NCBI GenBank assembly: GCA_965601925.1 | Contig: OZ271854.1 | Location: 1,632,001-1,696,000 of the forward strand | Length of the DNA stretch: 64,000 bases | Direction: 5' to 3' | From: Alkalispirochaeta sp. | GTDB lineage: Bacteria; Spirochaetota; Spirochaetia; DSM-27196; Alkalispirochaetaceae | Shown: positions 39,661 to 51,040 of the stretch, piece after piece | Layout of the letters: each line of letters begins with the position of its first letter | Position numbering within the stretch: the first letter of the stretch is position 1 | Notes under the pieces: model-generated | Seen by the model: only the letters and a program-made list of their open reading frames with translations | Database searches by the model: none | What the model was told of the DNA's origin: nothing | Program-made: the position numbers and the translations under genes

Positions 39661-40869
39661 ATGAACCAAGAAGCAAAAAATACCGTACGCCAATCCTTGG
39701 CGTCTCTTGAAGCGTGGATCGCGGCAAACGGTTGGGCCGGCTATGATCCTTATGACATTCGGGGCCAGGAATGGTTTGTTCGTCTGTTTGGCCATCAAAC
39801 CTGGTTCTTTCGGAAGCTACGAGGAGTCCTCTCCCTCGTTGAAGCAAACTTGCCGCCACATGCACTTCGCAAGGCGTTACGGATTAAAAAAGAGATCAAT
39901 CCCAAAGGGATGGGGCTGTTTGCTTCCGCATACATAGAGCTTTTTCGACAAACGGCGAATTCTGAGTATTTGCAAAAAGCGGAAAGTATTCTTGCGTGGC
40001 TTCGATCGAATAGCAACGCTTCATTTCCCGGTGCATCGTGGGGATATCCGTTCCATTGGCAGTCCCGCATCTTCATACCCAAGGGAACGCCCTCCTCAGT
40101 TGTCACAGGGACCGTCGGCGATGCGTGGCTTGACCACTATGAGATAACCGGTTCCGAGACGAGCCTCGATGTAATCCGACGAATCGCGGTTTTCTTTCGT
40201 CGCGCCTTGCATCGCTTTGAACGAGAAAAGAATGAAGTGTGTTTCAGCTATACTCCAATCGACGACTTCAAAGTGCACAATGCCAGTCTCTTTGTCGCCG
40301 CCTTTCTCGCGCGATACGGCAAGCTCACCGGCGATTCCGACGCGCTTCGAACCGCGGTGGATGCGGCACGATACACCATCAACGAGCAAAACACGGATGG
40401 GTCCTTCTACTACTGGAGTCTCGAGCCCGACTCTATAATAGATCATTACCATACGGGCTTCGTCTTACGGCATCTCGATACGGTCTATCGGCGGACAGGT
40501 GCACGGTTTATTGAGGAACCGCTACGAAGAGGCTATACGTTCTACCTGGAACATCTCTTCGCCGAGGAGACTATGCCGAAGTTCTCTCCCGATAGTCTTT
40601 ATCCGATCGATATTCACTCATGCGCGGAAGCGATCGTATGTATTGCCCAACTTGGCCCGACGTATGGAGGTCTGGAGCGTCTTCCCCGAGTCTTTGATTT
40701 TATAGACTCTACTATGCGCTCACATAATGGGTACTTCATTGCTGAGATACGAAGGCGATTGTGGAGCGAGAGAAAACTGGTCGTCCCATATATACGTTGG
40801 GGACAGGCCTGGATGCTCCTCGCGCTTTCCCGACTTCAGGGGACAATTGTCGACGATAAGGACGAATAA
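39661..40869 (+). CDS. Hypothetical alpha/alpha-toroid protein of polysaccharide loci
   Basis: GYDPYD, WGYPFHWQSR, FSYTP, VHNASL, QNTDGSFYY, IDHYHTGF, YPIDIH and YIRWGQAW. Confidence 0.7.
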   Translation: MNQEAKNTVRQSLASLEAWIAANGWAGYDPYDIRGQEWFVRLFGHQTWFFRKLRGVLSLVEANLPPHALRKALRIKKEINPKGMGLFASAYIELFRQTANSEYLQKAESILAWLRSNSNASFPGASWGYPFHWQSRIFIPKGTPSSVVTGTVGDAWLDHYEITGSETSLDVIRRIAVFFRRALHRFEREKNEVCFSYTPIDDFKVHNASLFVAAFLARYGKLTGDSDALRTAVDAARYTINEQNTDGSFYYWSLEPDSIIDHYHTGFVLRHLDTVYRRTGARFIEEPLRRGYTFYLEHLFAEETMPKFSPDSLYPIDIHSCAEAIVCIAQLGPTYGGLERLPRVFDFIDSTMRSHNGYFIAEIRRRLWSERKLVVPYIRWGQAWMLLALSRLQGTIVDDKDE

Positions 40870-40881
40870 GGAACAAACACA

Positions 40882-42114
40882 ATGAGAGTCGGAATGGTAC
40901 TACTTACAGGATTTCCTCCTGATATACGTATTGAAAAAGAGCACGCGACGCTTTCCGCCGAACACGACGTGTTTCTCTTGTGCCCTCGACGCGGTGAAGC
41001 ATCAAACCGCGAAATGTGGAACGGTTTGTCCGTACAACGGGTGTTTTCGAACTATGAACGGCAATGGAATAACTTCAGGCTGCTTGCGTCGCAGTATTCG
41101 CGGGGTTGGGCGCGTGCAATTGCTCAATTTATCGACGAAAATCGGCTTGATATACTACACGTTCACGACCTTCCTCTGCTCGGAACTGCACTGAGAGTCG
41201 CCAGGCGCATGGAAGTTCCGGTCGTGGCGGACTTGCACGAAAACTATCCGGCAATGCTCGCCGAGAGCAAGAAGAAGCGTCTCGTGAGTTCGCAGTCTTT
41301 TGGATCATTTATCCTACAGCTGGTAGTTTCGGTTCCACGTTGGATCGCCTACGAAAAGACCGCTGTTTCTCAAGCTGATGCCGTAATTACCGTTATTGAG
41401 GAGGCGAAAGACCGGCTAAAGAGAATCGGCATCTCCGAGTCTACGTTGCACGTAGTGGCGAACTATGGGCAATTGAACGGAAAAGCAGAAGTAGCGGACG
41501 GTATGTCGCCCGTCGCCGCCAATCCACAAAATCGCGAGTTCAAAGTCGTGTATGCCGGCGGCTTTGATGAGACGAGAGATTTGTCTTCCGTAGTAGATGC
41601 CATCGGACTAATCGGAGAAGACGAAATTCCCAATCTGCGAGTCTCGCTTATAGGAGGGAATCGTCGTGCAATACAAGCCCTGGAACGTCGTCTCGACCGC
41701 ATTCGGGGTGCGCACAGAGTTGAGCTCATTGAATGGATGCCGCGTGATGAGGTCGAGCGGGTAGTGGAGAAGGCGGATGTAGGACTCGTTCCCCATGTAA
41801 AATCGGATCACACGGATAACACGATTCCGCACAAACTCTTTCAATACATGGAACGGCAGTTGCCTGTCATTGTTTCAGATTGTGATCCGTTGAATCGAAT
41901 CGTATCGGATGCGAGGTGCGGGTTGGTATATCGTTCGGGAGACGCAGACTCGTTCGCGCGACGACTCGTTGAAATGTGGAGCGATCCGGACCGGATGAGG
42001 CGGATGGGCGAAGCTGGTCTGAGGGCTGTTACGGAAAAGTATAATTGGGCGGAAGCAGGAAGGAACCTTTTGAAGATTTATCGCAGTTTTTTGACGTCGG
42101 GTAGCAGGTCGTGA
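40882..42114 (+). CDS. GT4 glycosyltransferase
   Basis: PPDIRIEKE, HVHDLP, DLHENYP and PHKLFQYM..QLPVI. Confidence 0.88.
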   Translation: MRVGMVLLTGFPPDIRIEKEHATLSAEHDVFLLCPRRGEASNREMWNGLSVQRVFSNYERQWNNFRLLASQYSRGWARAIAQFIDENRLDILHVHDLPLLGTALRVARRMEVPVVADLHENYPAMLAESKKKRLVSSQSFGSFILQLVVSVPRWIAYEKTAVSQADAVITVIEEAKDRLKRIGISESTLHVVANYGQLNGKAEVADGMSPVAANPQNREFKVVYAGGFDETRDLSSVVDAIGLIGEDEIPNLRVSLIGGNRRAIQALERRLDRIRGAHRVELIEWMPRDEVERVVEKADVGLVPHVKSDHTDNTIPHKLFQYMERQLPVIVSDCDPLNRIVSDARCGLVYRSGDADSFARRLVEMWSDPDRMRRMGEAGLRAVTEKYNWAEAGRNLLKIYRSFLTSGSRS

Positions 42115-43304
42115 ACATATGTGTCGTTGGGTTGGGATACATTGGACTTCCGACCGCTGCGCTTCTGGCGAATAGAGGGCATCGGATCTTCGGTGTCGAT
42201 GTCGCTGTAGAAGCCGTAGAAACAATTAACCAAGGCAACATTCATATCGTAGAACCGGACTTAGATACGTTCGTTCGAGCTGCTGTGGAAAGCGGCAAAC
42301 TCACCGCACACACGGAGCCGAGAACGGCCGACGTATTCATTATCGCCGTTCCCACGCCTTTCATGGCGAATCACGCTCCGGATCTCAGCTATGTTGACGC
42401 GGCGGTGCGCGCGATCGCACCTCATGTTCGGTCGGGAAACATTGTGATTTTGGAGTCCACAAGCCCGGTGGGAACGACGGAGCGTGTCGCGATGTTACTG
42501 CGGGAGTCGGGTGCCGCAGTCGATAACCTCTCAATCGCTCATTGTCCGGAGCGAGTTCTGCCGGGACGGATCATGATTGAGCTTACGGAGAACGATCGAA
42601 TTGTAGGGGGGATCAGTCCAAAAGCAACTCGCGATGTTGCCGAGTTCTACCGTCAGTTTGTGACCGGTGATGTCTTAGAAACCGACGCGCGCACCGCCGA
42701 GATGGCTAAGTTGGTGGAAAACGCCTCTCGGGACGTCCAAATTGCATTTGCGAACGAGCTTTCAATGTTGTGCGATCGATTTGGAATAGACGTTTGGGAA
42801 CTCATTGAACTTGCAAATCACCATCCACGAGTGAATATCTTACGACCGGGAACCGGAGTCGGCGGTCACTGCATTGCGGTGGATCCATGGTTTCTCATCC
42901 ATTCGGCAGGGGGCGATGCGAAGCTGATCGAAACTGCTCGACACCGCAACACCGAAAAGACCGAATGGGTTATCAAGAAAATCGTTGATCGAACACGTGA
43001 CTTCAACGCACAGCATGGCCGTCCCGCGCGAGTTGCGTGCATGGGACTCGCGTTCAAACCCGATATCGACGATATGCGAGAGAGTCCATCTTTGTATGTT
43101 GTGAGACGGCTGAAGAGTATGGGAGTAGATGTGATCGCTGTGGAGCCGAACATCGAGCAACACTCGGAGATTGAGTTGTGTTCACCGGAAGCGGCTATCG
43201 AACAGTCGGATATCGTTGCATATTTGGTGGCGCATCGGGAGTTTCATTCGTTGGCCGTAGCTCCTTCAAAGGTGCTTGATTTTTGTGGGGTCGTAGGACA
43301 CTAA
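42111..43304 (+). CDS. wecC: UDP-N-acetyl-D-mannosamine dehydrogenase
   Basis: [51 protein letters not shown] and [14 protein letters not shown]. Confidence 0.93.
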   Translation: MNICVVGLGYIGLPTAALLANRGHRIFGVDVAVEAVETINQGNIHIVEPDLDTFVRAAVESGKLTAHTEPRTADVFIIAVPTPFMANHAPDLSYVDAAVRAIAPHVRSGNIVILESTSPVGTTERVAMLLRESGAAVDNLSIAHCPERVLPGRIMIELTENDRIVGGISPKATRDVAEFYRQFVTGDVLETDARTAEMAKLVENASRDVQIAFANELSMLCDRFGIDVWELIELANHHPRVNILRPGTGVGGHCIAVDPWFLIHSAGGDAKLIETARHRNTEKTEWVIKKIVDRTRDFNAQHGRPARVACMGLAFKPDIDDMRESPSLYVVRRLKSMGVDVIAVEPNIEQHSEIELCSPEAAIEQSDIVAYLVAHREFHSLAVAPSKVLDFCGVVGH

Positions 43305-43306
43305 CG

Positions 43307-44452
43307 ATGTCCAATAAAATCCTCACTGTTTTCGGAACCCGCCCGGAAGCGATCAAAATGGCCCCGGTGGTGAAAGCGTTGGAGGCTGCCGACGGGGTAG
43401 AAGCGCGCGTATGCGTCACCGCGCAGCATAGACAGATGCTCGATCAAGTACTCTCCATTTTCAATGTTGAACCCGACTGGGATTTGGACATTATGATGCC
43501 GGGTCAGGATCTGTACGATGTCACCGGCAAGGTGCTTGTCGGACTGCGTGATGTTCTGAGAGACTTTGCCCCCGACGCTGTCCTCGTACACGGAGATACG
43601 ACCACCACGATGACCGCGGCGATTGCATCGTATTATCAACGCGTTTCCGTAGGGCACGTAGAGGCAGGTTTGCGTACACGAAACATTTTCAGCCCCTGGC
43701 CCGAGGAGATCAATCGACAGATTACCGGCCGCATCGCCACATGGCATTTTGCCCCGACTAACCTTGCTCGAAACAACCTTTTGGAAGAAAGAGTCGATCC
43801 CGAATCTATCATTGTTACCGGCAATACCGTTATTGATGCTCTTCGTCTGGTAGTGGAGCGGATCGAGGACGATTCCGAGATCCAAACGAGACAAAGGAGC
43901 TTCTTTCAAGACATTCTTGGATTCGACCCGAACGAAAATCGGTACATACTTGTTACCGGACACAGAAGAGAAAACTTTGGTCAGGGCTTTCTCAATATTT
44001 GTGAGTCTTTGAAGCGTATTGCACGGCGACATCCGGACGTGCGACTCGTTTATCCCGTGCATCTTAACCCAAACGTGAGAGAACCGGTGATGTCCATCCT
44101 TGAGGGGATTGATAACATCACGCTTATCGAGCCGCTAGACTATCTTCCGTTTGTCTACCTTATGCGTTATAGCTACTTCATACTTACCGATTCAGGTGGT
44201 ATCCAGGAAGAGGCCCCGAGCTTAGGAAAACCGGTATTGGTGATGAGGGATACGACCGAGCGTCCGGAAGCGATCGACGCCGGAACCGTGCGGCTTGTCG
44301 GGACCGACAGAGACAAAATTGTATCTGAGGCGGAAAAGCTTCTCACTGATGCGGCGTCCTACGGCGCGATGAGTCGCGCTCATAATCCGTATGGAGACGG
44401 CGAGGCAAGCGGTCGTATCGCTTCTTTTCTTCAACAGCAGTTTTCCATATGA
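43307..44452 (+). CDS. wecB: UDP-N-acetylglucosamine 2-epimerase (non-hydrolysing)
   Basis: [44 protein letters not shown] and NPYGDG. Confidence 0.95.
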   Translation: MSNKILTVFGTRPEAIKMAPVVKALEAADGVEARVCVTAQHRQMLDQVLSIFNVEPDWDLDIMMPGQDLYDVTGKVLVGLRDVLRDFAPDAVLVHGDTTTTMTAAIASYYQRVSVGHVEAGLRTRNIFSPWPEEINRQITGRIATWHFAPTNLARNNLLEERVDPESIIVTGNTVIDALRLVVERIEDDSEIQTRQRSFFQDILGFDPNENRYILVTGHRRENFGQGFLNICESLKRIARRHPDVRLVYPVHLNPNVREPVMSILEGIDNITLIEPLDYLPFVYLMRYSYFILTDSGGIQEEAPSLGKPVLVMRDTTERPEAIDAGTVRLVGTDRDKIVSEAEKLLTDAASYGAMSRAHNPYGDGEASGRIASFLQQQFSI

Positions 44453-44701
44453 ACATACGGTAGCGGTGGGTATGAGCCGATCTTCGCACCGTTATCATCG
44501 ACAATGGAATGGGCGGGAAACACTGTCACCATACGGGTAGTGGCAGCGGTGAAAGCTGCGTCGTTTGCGTACTGTGACGAAGCGGTACAAACCGATGCTT
44601 ACAACACGCCCTCTGTATCGAGATCACGAAACTACTTTGAGAGAATCAACAAAAAGATGAACCAAACGGTATCGTTGCTTAATCGGATCTGAAGAACGAG
44701 T

Positions 44702-46534
44702 ATGTGTGCAATAACAGGGTATGTATCCAAAAATGGTTCTCCCGTCTCTTTGGTTTTGTTGAATGAGTTGAACTCGGTCGCTGCTCATCGAGGGCCTGAC
44801 GATGACGGTTGTGTTGTCGAGGGCTGTGTGGGAATCGGCCATCGACGTCTCTCGATAATCGATCTTTCTGCCGCAGGTCATCAGCCGATGGTGAGAGACG
44901 ATCTGGCTCTCACCATCGTTTACAATGGCGAGGTCTATAATTACGTCGAACTGCGGGCGGAACTTGAGCGATCAGGTTACGTATTCTCCACGAGAACCGA
45001 CACCGAGGTCATTCTTTGTGCATACGATCACTGGGGTGCGAACTGTGTAAAACACTTCAACGGGATGTGGGCGTTTGCCATTCTGGACAAGAAACACGAG
45101 CGTGTTTTCTGTTCTCGTGATCGGTTTGGTATCAAGCCGTTCTACTACTATGACGAGGACGATTTCTTTGCGTTTGGATCCGAGATACGCCAACTGCTCC
45201 CTCTTTTGCCTCGTGTGCGAGCCAACAGGGATGTCGTTACCGAGTTCATTATGAATGTAACGCCCGAGCCGTATCGACAAACGTTTTTCGACGGTGTGTT
45301 CAAGCTACCCGGAGGGCACAATCTGACGTACGATTTAGCGAATCACGTTTTTTCCGTCGAAGCATACTACCAACTCTCCGCAAAATCTTCCAAGGAGAAC
45401 CGTTCGCTTACTGAAAACGTCGACGCATACGGTACTGCCCTTTGTGATGCGGTGAAGCTTCGTCTACGGGCCGACGTACCTGTCGGAACGTGCCTTAGTG
45501 GCGGACTTGATAGTTCGTCGGTTGCTACGTTGGCTTCGCAGAGGTATGTCTCCGCCACGGGACAGCGCTTCAAAGCCATTACCGCCGTGAGTGAACAAGC
45601 GTCAAATGACGAATCCGGCTTCGCACAAGTCGTCTCAGATCATGCGAATCTCGACTGGATTACGGTTACGCCGACATACGATCAGTTTGTAGCGACGATC
45701 GGCGACGTAGTAAAAGCCCAAGAAGAGCCATTTGCGGGACCATCGATCTGCATGCAGTTCTTTGTTATGAAGACTGCCAAAGAACACAGCATTCCGGTAT
45801 TGCTTGATGGGCAGGGTGGTGACGAAACGCTTTTAGGATATGAGCGATACTATGCGGCGCACTTCATCGACCTCGTACGGCGCAAAGGGCTCCTATACGG
45901 TCTTCGTTCCCTTCTGACGTGTCGGCGAAACAATGCAAATATGTCGGTTATGCGTATGGTGCTGTTTCTGTTCTACTTTTCGTTTGCTCGTCTACGGTAT
46001 TCAAACTACCGTAGACGCAATCGATATCTTAAGTTTTTTCCACGGCTACCGCGAAAAATTGTCGATAGTTCGCGGGCAGTGCGTGATATTGCTGCGTTGC
46101 AGCGACGCGAAATACTGTGTGACAATCTGCCTGCGCTCCTCCGATACGAAGACAAAAACTCGATGTGGCACTCCATAGAAACAAGATTACCGTTTATCGA
46201 CTACCATGCGGTAGAGACGGCGCTTTCCATGCCGGGCGAGAACAAAATTCGAAACGGGTGGACCAAGTTCGCGCTCCGAGATTTCATGAAAGAGAAGATG
46301 CCCAGCGAAATTGTATGGCGAAAAAACAAGTTTGGATTTGAAGCTCCGGAGCAGATTTGGCTGACTCGACATATCGATGCAATGCGTGAAGTCGTTTTGC
46401 AGTCCCCATTGATTCGTAGTTTAGAAAAGAGTGGCTATCTTGCGCGCGAGTTTGCAAGCTTGGATCGGCGCACGCAATGGCGTCTTTATAGTGTGGCCCT
46501 TTGGGAGTCCGCATTCAAAGTAGAGGCGCAATAG
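44702..46534 (+). CDS. asnB: Second AsnB-like glutamine amidotransferase
   Basis: MC start, HRGPD, GHRRLSIID, NGEVYNY, CLSGGLDSS, DGQGGDE and LLRYEDKNSM.HSIE.RLPF. Confidence 0.92.
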   Translation: MCAITGYVSKNGSPVSLVLLNELNSVAAHRGPDDDGCVVEGCVGIGHRRLSIIDLSAAGHQPMVRDDLALTIVYNGEVYNYVELRAELERSGYVFSTRTDTEVILCAYDHWGANCVKHFNGMWAFAILDKKHERVFCSRDRFGIKPFYYYDEDDFFAFGSEIRQLLPLLPRVRANRDVVTEFIMNVTPEPYRQTFFDGVFKLPGGHNLTYDLANHVFSVEAYYQLSAKSSKENRSLTENVDAYGTALCDAVKLRLRADVPVGTCLSGGLDSSSVATLASQRYVSATGQRFKAITAVSEQASNDESGFAQVVSDHANLDWITVTPTYDQFVATIGDVVKAQEEPFAGPSICMQFFVMKTAKEHSIPVLLDGQGGDETLLGYERYYAAHFIDLVRRKGLLYGLRSLLTCRRNNANMSVMRMVLFLFYFSFARLRYSNYRRRNRYLKFFPRLPRKIVDSSRAVRDIAALQRREILCDNLPALLRYEDKNSMWHSIETRLPFIDYHAVETALSMPGENKIRNGWTKFALRDFMKEKMPSEIVWRKNKFGFEAPEQIWLTRHIDAMREVVLQSPLIRSLEKSGYLAREFASLDRRTQWRLYSVALWESAFKVEAQ

Positions 46535-46680
46535 GAAGTAGATGTGTATGCAGACTTTGATCTCTTTGGCACCATTTAGGAACGACAGTAGCTATCGAGA
46601 GGTTGCGCGCGTTTTTATTACGTATCTGCGTATCGTGCCGCCACATCTTTGCAGTAAGCACGCAGAGTAATACTGAGGAT

Positions 46681-46783
46681 AGTGTCAGCGGTTACCGATA
46701 TCACACTCACGCACCTTCTGATAGCTCGATAGCGCGGCCGATCGCACCGTCCGTGGTAGGACACCCTCGGTTACGCTGACACT
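46681..46783. repeat. Imperfect 17-18 bp inverted repeat enclosing about 68 bp
   Basis: AGTGTCAGCGGTTACCGA (46681-46698) versus TCGGTTACGCTGACACT (46767-46783). Confidence 0.55.
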
Positions 46784-46833
46784 CAGTGTTCAGCATTCGG
46801 CGTATCGTATCAATTGACTTCACCGGTAGAAAC

Positions 46834-47988
46834 ATGAGCAAACGAATCAACCTGCATCTGTATCCGTCGTCTTTGCAAAACGCGAGTAGAATGGAAAAAA
46901 TTTCATCGACAATTGAAAAAACTTCAATTTTTGATGAGATACACTTAGTCGGCACAACCAGTCCGGGTCGGCAGAGTGAGCGATCTATTTCTGAGAGAGT
47001 CGTCGTTCGACTCTTGGGGCCGGAGAATCCGCAAAAAGGATTTTGGGGCAAGGTGGGAACGTTTCTGTCATGGTATCGCGCGGTTATAGCGCAGTACGGA
47101 AAGCAAGCTCTGATGTGTGTTAACGCACACAGCCTTTCTTCTCTGCCCTTGGCATGGTTGTTAAAAAAGCGTTCGGGTGGAATGCTGATTTACGACACAC
47201 ATGAGTTGGAAACCGAGACGCAAACTGCAAGAGGGGTACGAAAACTCTTGGCGAGAATCGTGGAGCGATTGTTTGTCGCGGCGTGTGATCACGTATTTGT
47301 CGTTAGTGAGTCGATCGCCGATTGGTACCAACAACGTTATCGTATTGCAAGACCTTCCGTCGTCTTAAACGCACCCGTATATCAACGCGTCTCGTGCGCG
47401 ACTGATCTTCGAGCAACATTGGGAGTTCCCGACGACGCAACGTTGTTTCTCTATCAGGGAGTCTTTGGACGCGGACGGGGCATAGAGCTTCTGTTAGACA
47501 CCTTCAAGAGTATCGATGACAACGTGGCGCTTCTGCTGCTTGGATACGGGCCGCTCGAGCAGGTGGTTATCGGTGCCGCCGATGAGTCTCCCAAGGTCTT
47601 TTTTCATCCGGCGGTCCCTCCTAATCAGTTGATACACTATACAACATGTGCCGACGTCGGTATTGCGCTCATTCAAAACATCTGCCTGTCGTATTACTAT
47701 TCGATGCCGAACAAGCTGTTCGAGTATCTCATGGCCGGGTTACCGGTTCTCGTCTCAAATATGTACGACATGGCACGGTTTGTAGAAGAGAACGACGTCG
47801 GAGCGGTGATTGAGACCGAGTCGGTTGATGCAATCGGGGCGGCGATACGCCGACTCAATATGATCTCGGACGAGAAACTTACCGAGCGGATCGATGCAGT
47901 TCGACGCACGTACAACTGGGACAACCAACAGCAGACAATAAAACGTGTATACCGGGATCTCTTCGTCCCAGAAGGTTCCGGTTCATAA
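46834..47988 (+). CDS. GT4 glycosyltransferase
   Basis: YDTHELETE, LYQG...GRGIE and SMPNKLFEYLMAGLPV. Confidence 0.9.
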   Translation: MSKRINLHLYPSSLQNASRMEKISSTIEKTSIFDEIHLVGTTSPGRQSERSISERVVVRLLGPENPQKGFWGKVGTFLSWYRAVIAQYGKQALMCVNAHSLSSLPLAWLLKKRSGGMLIYDTHELETETQTARGVRKLLARIVERLFVAACDHVFVVSESIADWYQQRYRIARPSVVLNAPVYQRVSCATDLRATLGVPDDATLFLYQGVFGRGRGIELLLDTFKSIDDNVALLLLGYGPLEQVVIGAADESPKVFFHPAVPPNQLIHYTTCADVGIALIQNICLSYYYSMPNKLFEYLMAGLPVLVSNMYDMARFVEENDVGAVIETESVDAIGAAIRRLNMISDEKLTERIDAVRRTYNWDNQQQTIKRVYRDLFVPEGSGS

Positions 47989-48076
47989 GTAGCGCAATAT
48001 TGGCAACGAGCAGCCGGCTCGAAAGACTTTCGTGAAGTTCGGGTCTCTGCTCGTGGCGAAGTGAGGTTTCAATAGT

Positions 48077-49159
48077 ATGTCTTTCACAGTGTGCACTGTT
48101 GTCGGAGCACGCCCGCAGTTTGTCAAAGCCGCCGTCGTATCGAGAGCGTTAGTCGCGAACGAAATACCCGAGACGATCATTCATACCGGGCAACACTACG
48201 ATGCAAATATGTCTGATGTTTTTTTTTCGGAGCTTGAGATCCCCGAGCCCGATTACAACCTGGGTATTGGTGGCGGCACACACGGCAGCAATACCGGACG
48301 CATGATTGAGGCAATCGAGACACTGTTAATCGAGAATCGACCGGACATCGTCCTCGTGTACGGCGATACCGACTCTACGTTGGCCGCTACGCTTGCGGCG
48401 GTCAAGTTACACATCCCCGTTGCACATGTAGAGGCCGGGTTGCGCTCCTTCAACCGTCGGATGCCGGAGGAGGTTAACCGAGTGTTGACCGATCATGCCG
48501 CGGATGTTCTCTTCGCGCCCACGAAAACCGCGGTAGACCATCTCATCAATGAGGGCGTTCCCGCGGGCCGGATTGATCAAGTAGGCGACGTTATGTACGA
48601 CGCGGCTTTGTTCTATGGAGATATGGCTCGACAACGGAGTGCTATTTTGGACCAACTAAGCCTCACACCAAAAGCGTATGTGCTCGGTACGATACACCGT
48701 GCGGAGAACACCGATGATGCCGACCGGTTGCGTGCAATCATCGAGGGCTTTGCATTGAGCGGTCGTTCCGTCGTTCTTCCGCTACATCCCCGCACTCGTT
48801 CTCGCCTCGCCTCTTTCGCTCTTTCGTTACCGGACAACGTTCTTGACATCGATCCGGTTGGATATCTCGACATGGTAATGCTCGAGAAAAATGCGAGTCT
48901 CATAGTGACCGACTCAGGGGGAGTTCAAAAAGAAGCGTTCTTCCATGGCATACCGTGTGTTACGGTGCGCGATGAAACGGAGTGGGTGGAGCTGGTGGAG
49001 ACGGGATGGAACCGTTTAGCGCCTCCCAGGAGCGCACGCGATGTCGCCTCCGTGATCAACAGGAGTAAACCGTTATCGCAAGAAACGGACAGTTTCTACG
49101 GTGATGGACATGCCGGTGAACATATCGTCGACCGCTTGAAACAAAGAGAAATCAAATAA
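48077..49159 (+). CDS. Second UDP-sugar 2-epimerase, WbpI/WlbD-like
   Basis: VGARPQFVKAA, HTGQHYD.NMS..FF, YGDTDST, HVEAGLRSFNR.MPEE, TIHRAENTD and DSGGVQKEA. Confidence 0.88.
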   Translation: MSFTVCTVVGARPQFVKAAVVSRALVANEIPETIIHTGQHYDANMSDVFFSELEIPEPDYNLGIGGGTHGSNTGRMIEAIETLLIENRPDIVLVYGDTDSTLAATLAAVKLHIPVAHVEAGLRSFNRRMPEEVNRVLTDHAADVLFAPTKTAVDHLINEGVPAGRIDQVGDVMYDAALFYGDMARQRSAILDQLSLTPKAYVLGTIHRAENTDDADRLRAIIEGFALSGRSVVLPLHPRTRSRLASFALSLPDNVLDIDPVGYLDMVMLEKNASLIVTDSGGVQKEAFFHGIPCVTVRDETEWVELVETGWNRLAPPRSARDVASVINRSKPLSQETDSFYGDGHAGEHIVDRLKQREIK

Positions 49160-49163
49160 AGCA

Positions 49164-50408
49164 GTGAAACACGTTTGGATACTCAATCACTATGCCCAGG
49201 AACCGTCTCGTCCGGGTGGCACCAGACACTACTCACTGGCAAAATTTCTGACGTACTACGGGTGGACCGCGACCATAATCGCTGCGAGTACCGAACACGG
49301 GACCGGACGGCAGCGGCTGGAGGAGGGCGTTTCATTTCGGCAACAAGTCTGTGACGGAGTCAACTTCATCTGGGTTCGTACATCGGGGTATAGCGGCAAC
49401 GGTTTTGATAGGATCAAAAACATGCTGGAATACACGTGGCGTACGCTACGACCATCTACCACCGCGGAGCTATCGTCACCGAATGCTATCATAGGATCAA
49501 GTGTGCACCCGTTTGCTGCCTGGGCCGGCCTGCGTTTGGCGAAACGGAAGAAAGTTCCATTCATTTTTGAAGTTCGCGATCTTTGGCCCCAAACGTTGAT
49601 AGATATGGGGCGGTTGAGAGAGCATAGCCCGCTTACCCTACTCTTGCGTCACCTGGAGCGAACTCTGTACCAGCGGGCGCAACGAATCATTTCTTTGCTG
49701 CCTGATGCATATCGATACATTAAAGGTCTTGGTATTGATGGCAACAAGATTTTCTGGATTCCGAACGGCGCCGACGTTCATGACTACTCCGCTTTGGAAA
49801 CGGCAAGCGAAGAAGACAGTTTCGTCGTTATGTATTTCGGCGCGCACGGCCATGCTAATGACATTGATACAATACTCCGAGCCTTTTCGATCGCAGTCAA
49901 CCGAGAAGCCACAAAAAGAATTCAACTTCGTCTCATCGGCGACGGTCCAAAGAAAAATGAACTAATAAGAGAATCAAATGAATTAAATTTACATAACTGT
50001 GTTTCCTTTGAAGATCCGGTTTCTAAAAAAAAGATACCTGAGATTGCGTCGAAAGCCGATGCGTTCATCATTGCCGTACGTGACCTACCTGGTTTATACA
50101 AGTATGGAATCAGTATGAACAAGCTGTACGATTACATGGCCCTCGGTAGGCCCGTCCTCATCTCCGTGAATGCATCAAACAACCCTATCGAGGAAGCAAG
50201 TTGCGGTATAACCGTTGAACCCGGCAATCCGGAGCTACTCGCAGATGGAATTATACAGCTCGCGTCTCTTCCGTTAGCGGAACGCCTGCGAATGGGACGT
50301 GCCGGTCGGAAATATGTAGAAACTCATCACGACTACCGGTTATTGGCGGGTGAGTTAGCGTCTGCGCTCGACGATAGCGTCTCCGAGTACGGATCGACGG
50401 ACAGATGA
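49164..50408 (+). CDS. GT4 glycosyltransferase (WbuB-like)
   Basis: WILNHYA..P..GGTRH, FEVRDLWP, GAHG.AN and GISMNKLYDYMA.GRP. Confidence 0.9.
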   Translation: MKHVWILNHYAQEPSRPGGTRHYSLAKFLTYYGWTATIIAASTEHGTGRQRLEEGVSFRQQVCDGVNFIWVRTSGYSGNGFDRIKNMLEYTWRTLRPSTTAELSSPNAIIGSSVHPFAAWAGLRLAKRKKVPFIFEVRDLWPQTLIDMGRLREHSPLTLLLRHLERTLYQRAQRIISLLPDAYRYIKGLGIDGNKIFWIPNGADVHDYSALETASEEDSFVVMYFGAHGHANDIDTILRAFSIAVNREATKRIQLRLIGDGPKKNELIRESNELNLHNCVSFEDPVSKKKIPEIASKADAFIIAVRDLPGLYKYGISMNKLYDYMALGRPVLISVNASNNPIEEASCGITVEPGNPELLADGIIQLASLPLAERLRMGRAGRKYVETHHDYRLLAGELASALDDSVSEYGSTDR

Positions 50409-51040
50409 GTATCGATACCGTTGCGTACGCGATAAAAACGCGCCTTCCTTGGGCATTTTCGTTGATTGAGTTGCTTTTCCGCTATGCGACCGTGCTCCGC
50501 CATACCGGTAGTCGACGTCTCGCGCTCAGTCGTTCGGCCGTCCAAGGCGCCATACGCGGTTGTGCTGCAACGATCCGGCCGTTGGTGCTTGATGACGCTC
50601 ATCTGCTATGCACTTTCCTTTCTGAGCAACCCGATGAGTATATGCGTTTTTTTCACCCCCATGATTTCTCTCTCAGTGGGGTGTTGTCGATACTGCGCTC
50701 AAAGGTTCACTGTTGCTACGGATTATTTGTAGAGGAAAGGATCAAAGCATATAGCTTGATCAAACTCTTTCCGACGCGAAATGCATACTGCGGTTTAATC
50801 GTCTCTTCGGATTCGACCGGCCTTGGGTTGGGTAAGTTTTTATGGCGATTTCTCATTTGGCAATGTGCAGAGATGAACATCACGCCGTGTGCCACCGTCC
50901 ATGTCTCCAATTTAGCTTCCTTACGGTCACTGATAGCGGTTCATCCGGCAATCAGGCAGTACCCGTTGCCAAATGATTATCAGCGAATTGTTATTCCTGT
51001 AAATGAGAACGATAAAACACCACCGGAGCTCGATATTTGA
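50405..51040 (+). CDS. Putative GNAT-like acetyltransferase
   Basis: FFHPHDF; GLIVSSDSTGLGLGK resembles motif A; ATVHVSNLASL resembles motif B. Confidence 0.55.
   Translation: MSIDTVAYAIKTRLPWAFSLIELLFRYATVLRHTGSRRLALSRSAVQGAIRGCAATIRPLVLDDAHLLCTFLSEQPDEYMRFFHPHDFSLSGVLSILRSKVHCCYGLFVEERIKAYSLIKLFPTRNAYCGLIVSSDSTGLGLGKFLWRFLIWQCAEMNITPCATVHVSNLASLRSLIAVHPAIRQYPLPNDYQRIVIPVNENDKTPPELDI

Noticed and set aside
44453..44701. 62-aa ORF 44504-44692 in the wecB-asnB gap
   Set aside because: No recognisable features; may be spacer or decayed sequence.
24140..46534. AsnB genes as asparagine synthetases or lasso-peptide cyclases
   Set aside because: Context is entirely polysaccharide biosynthesis; no precursor peptide or B protein seen.
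48219..48227. Second T9 tract, in the WbpI-like epimerase
   Set aside because: In frame and encodes the family-typical DVFF; no evidence of switching. T8 runs in AT-rich genes are likewise in frame.
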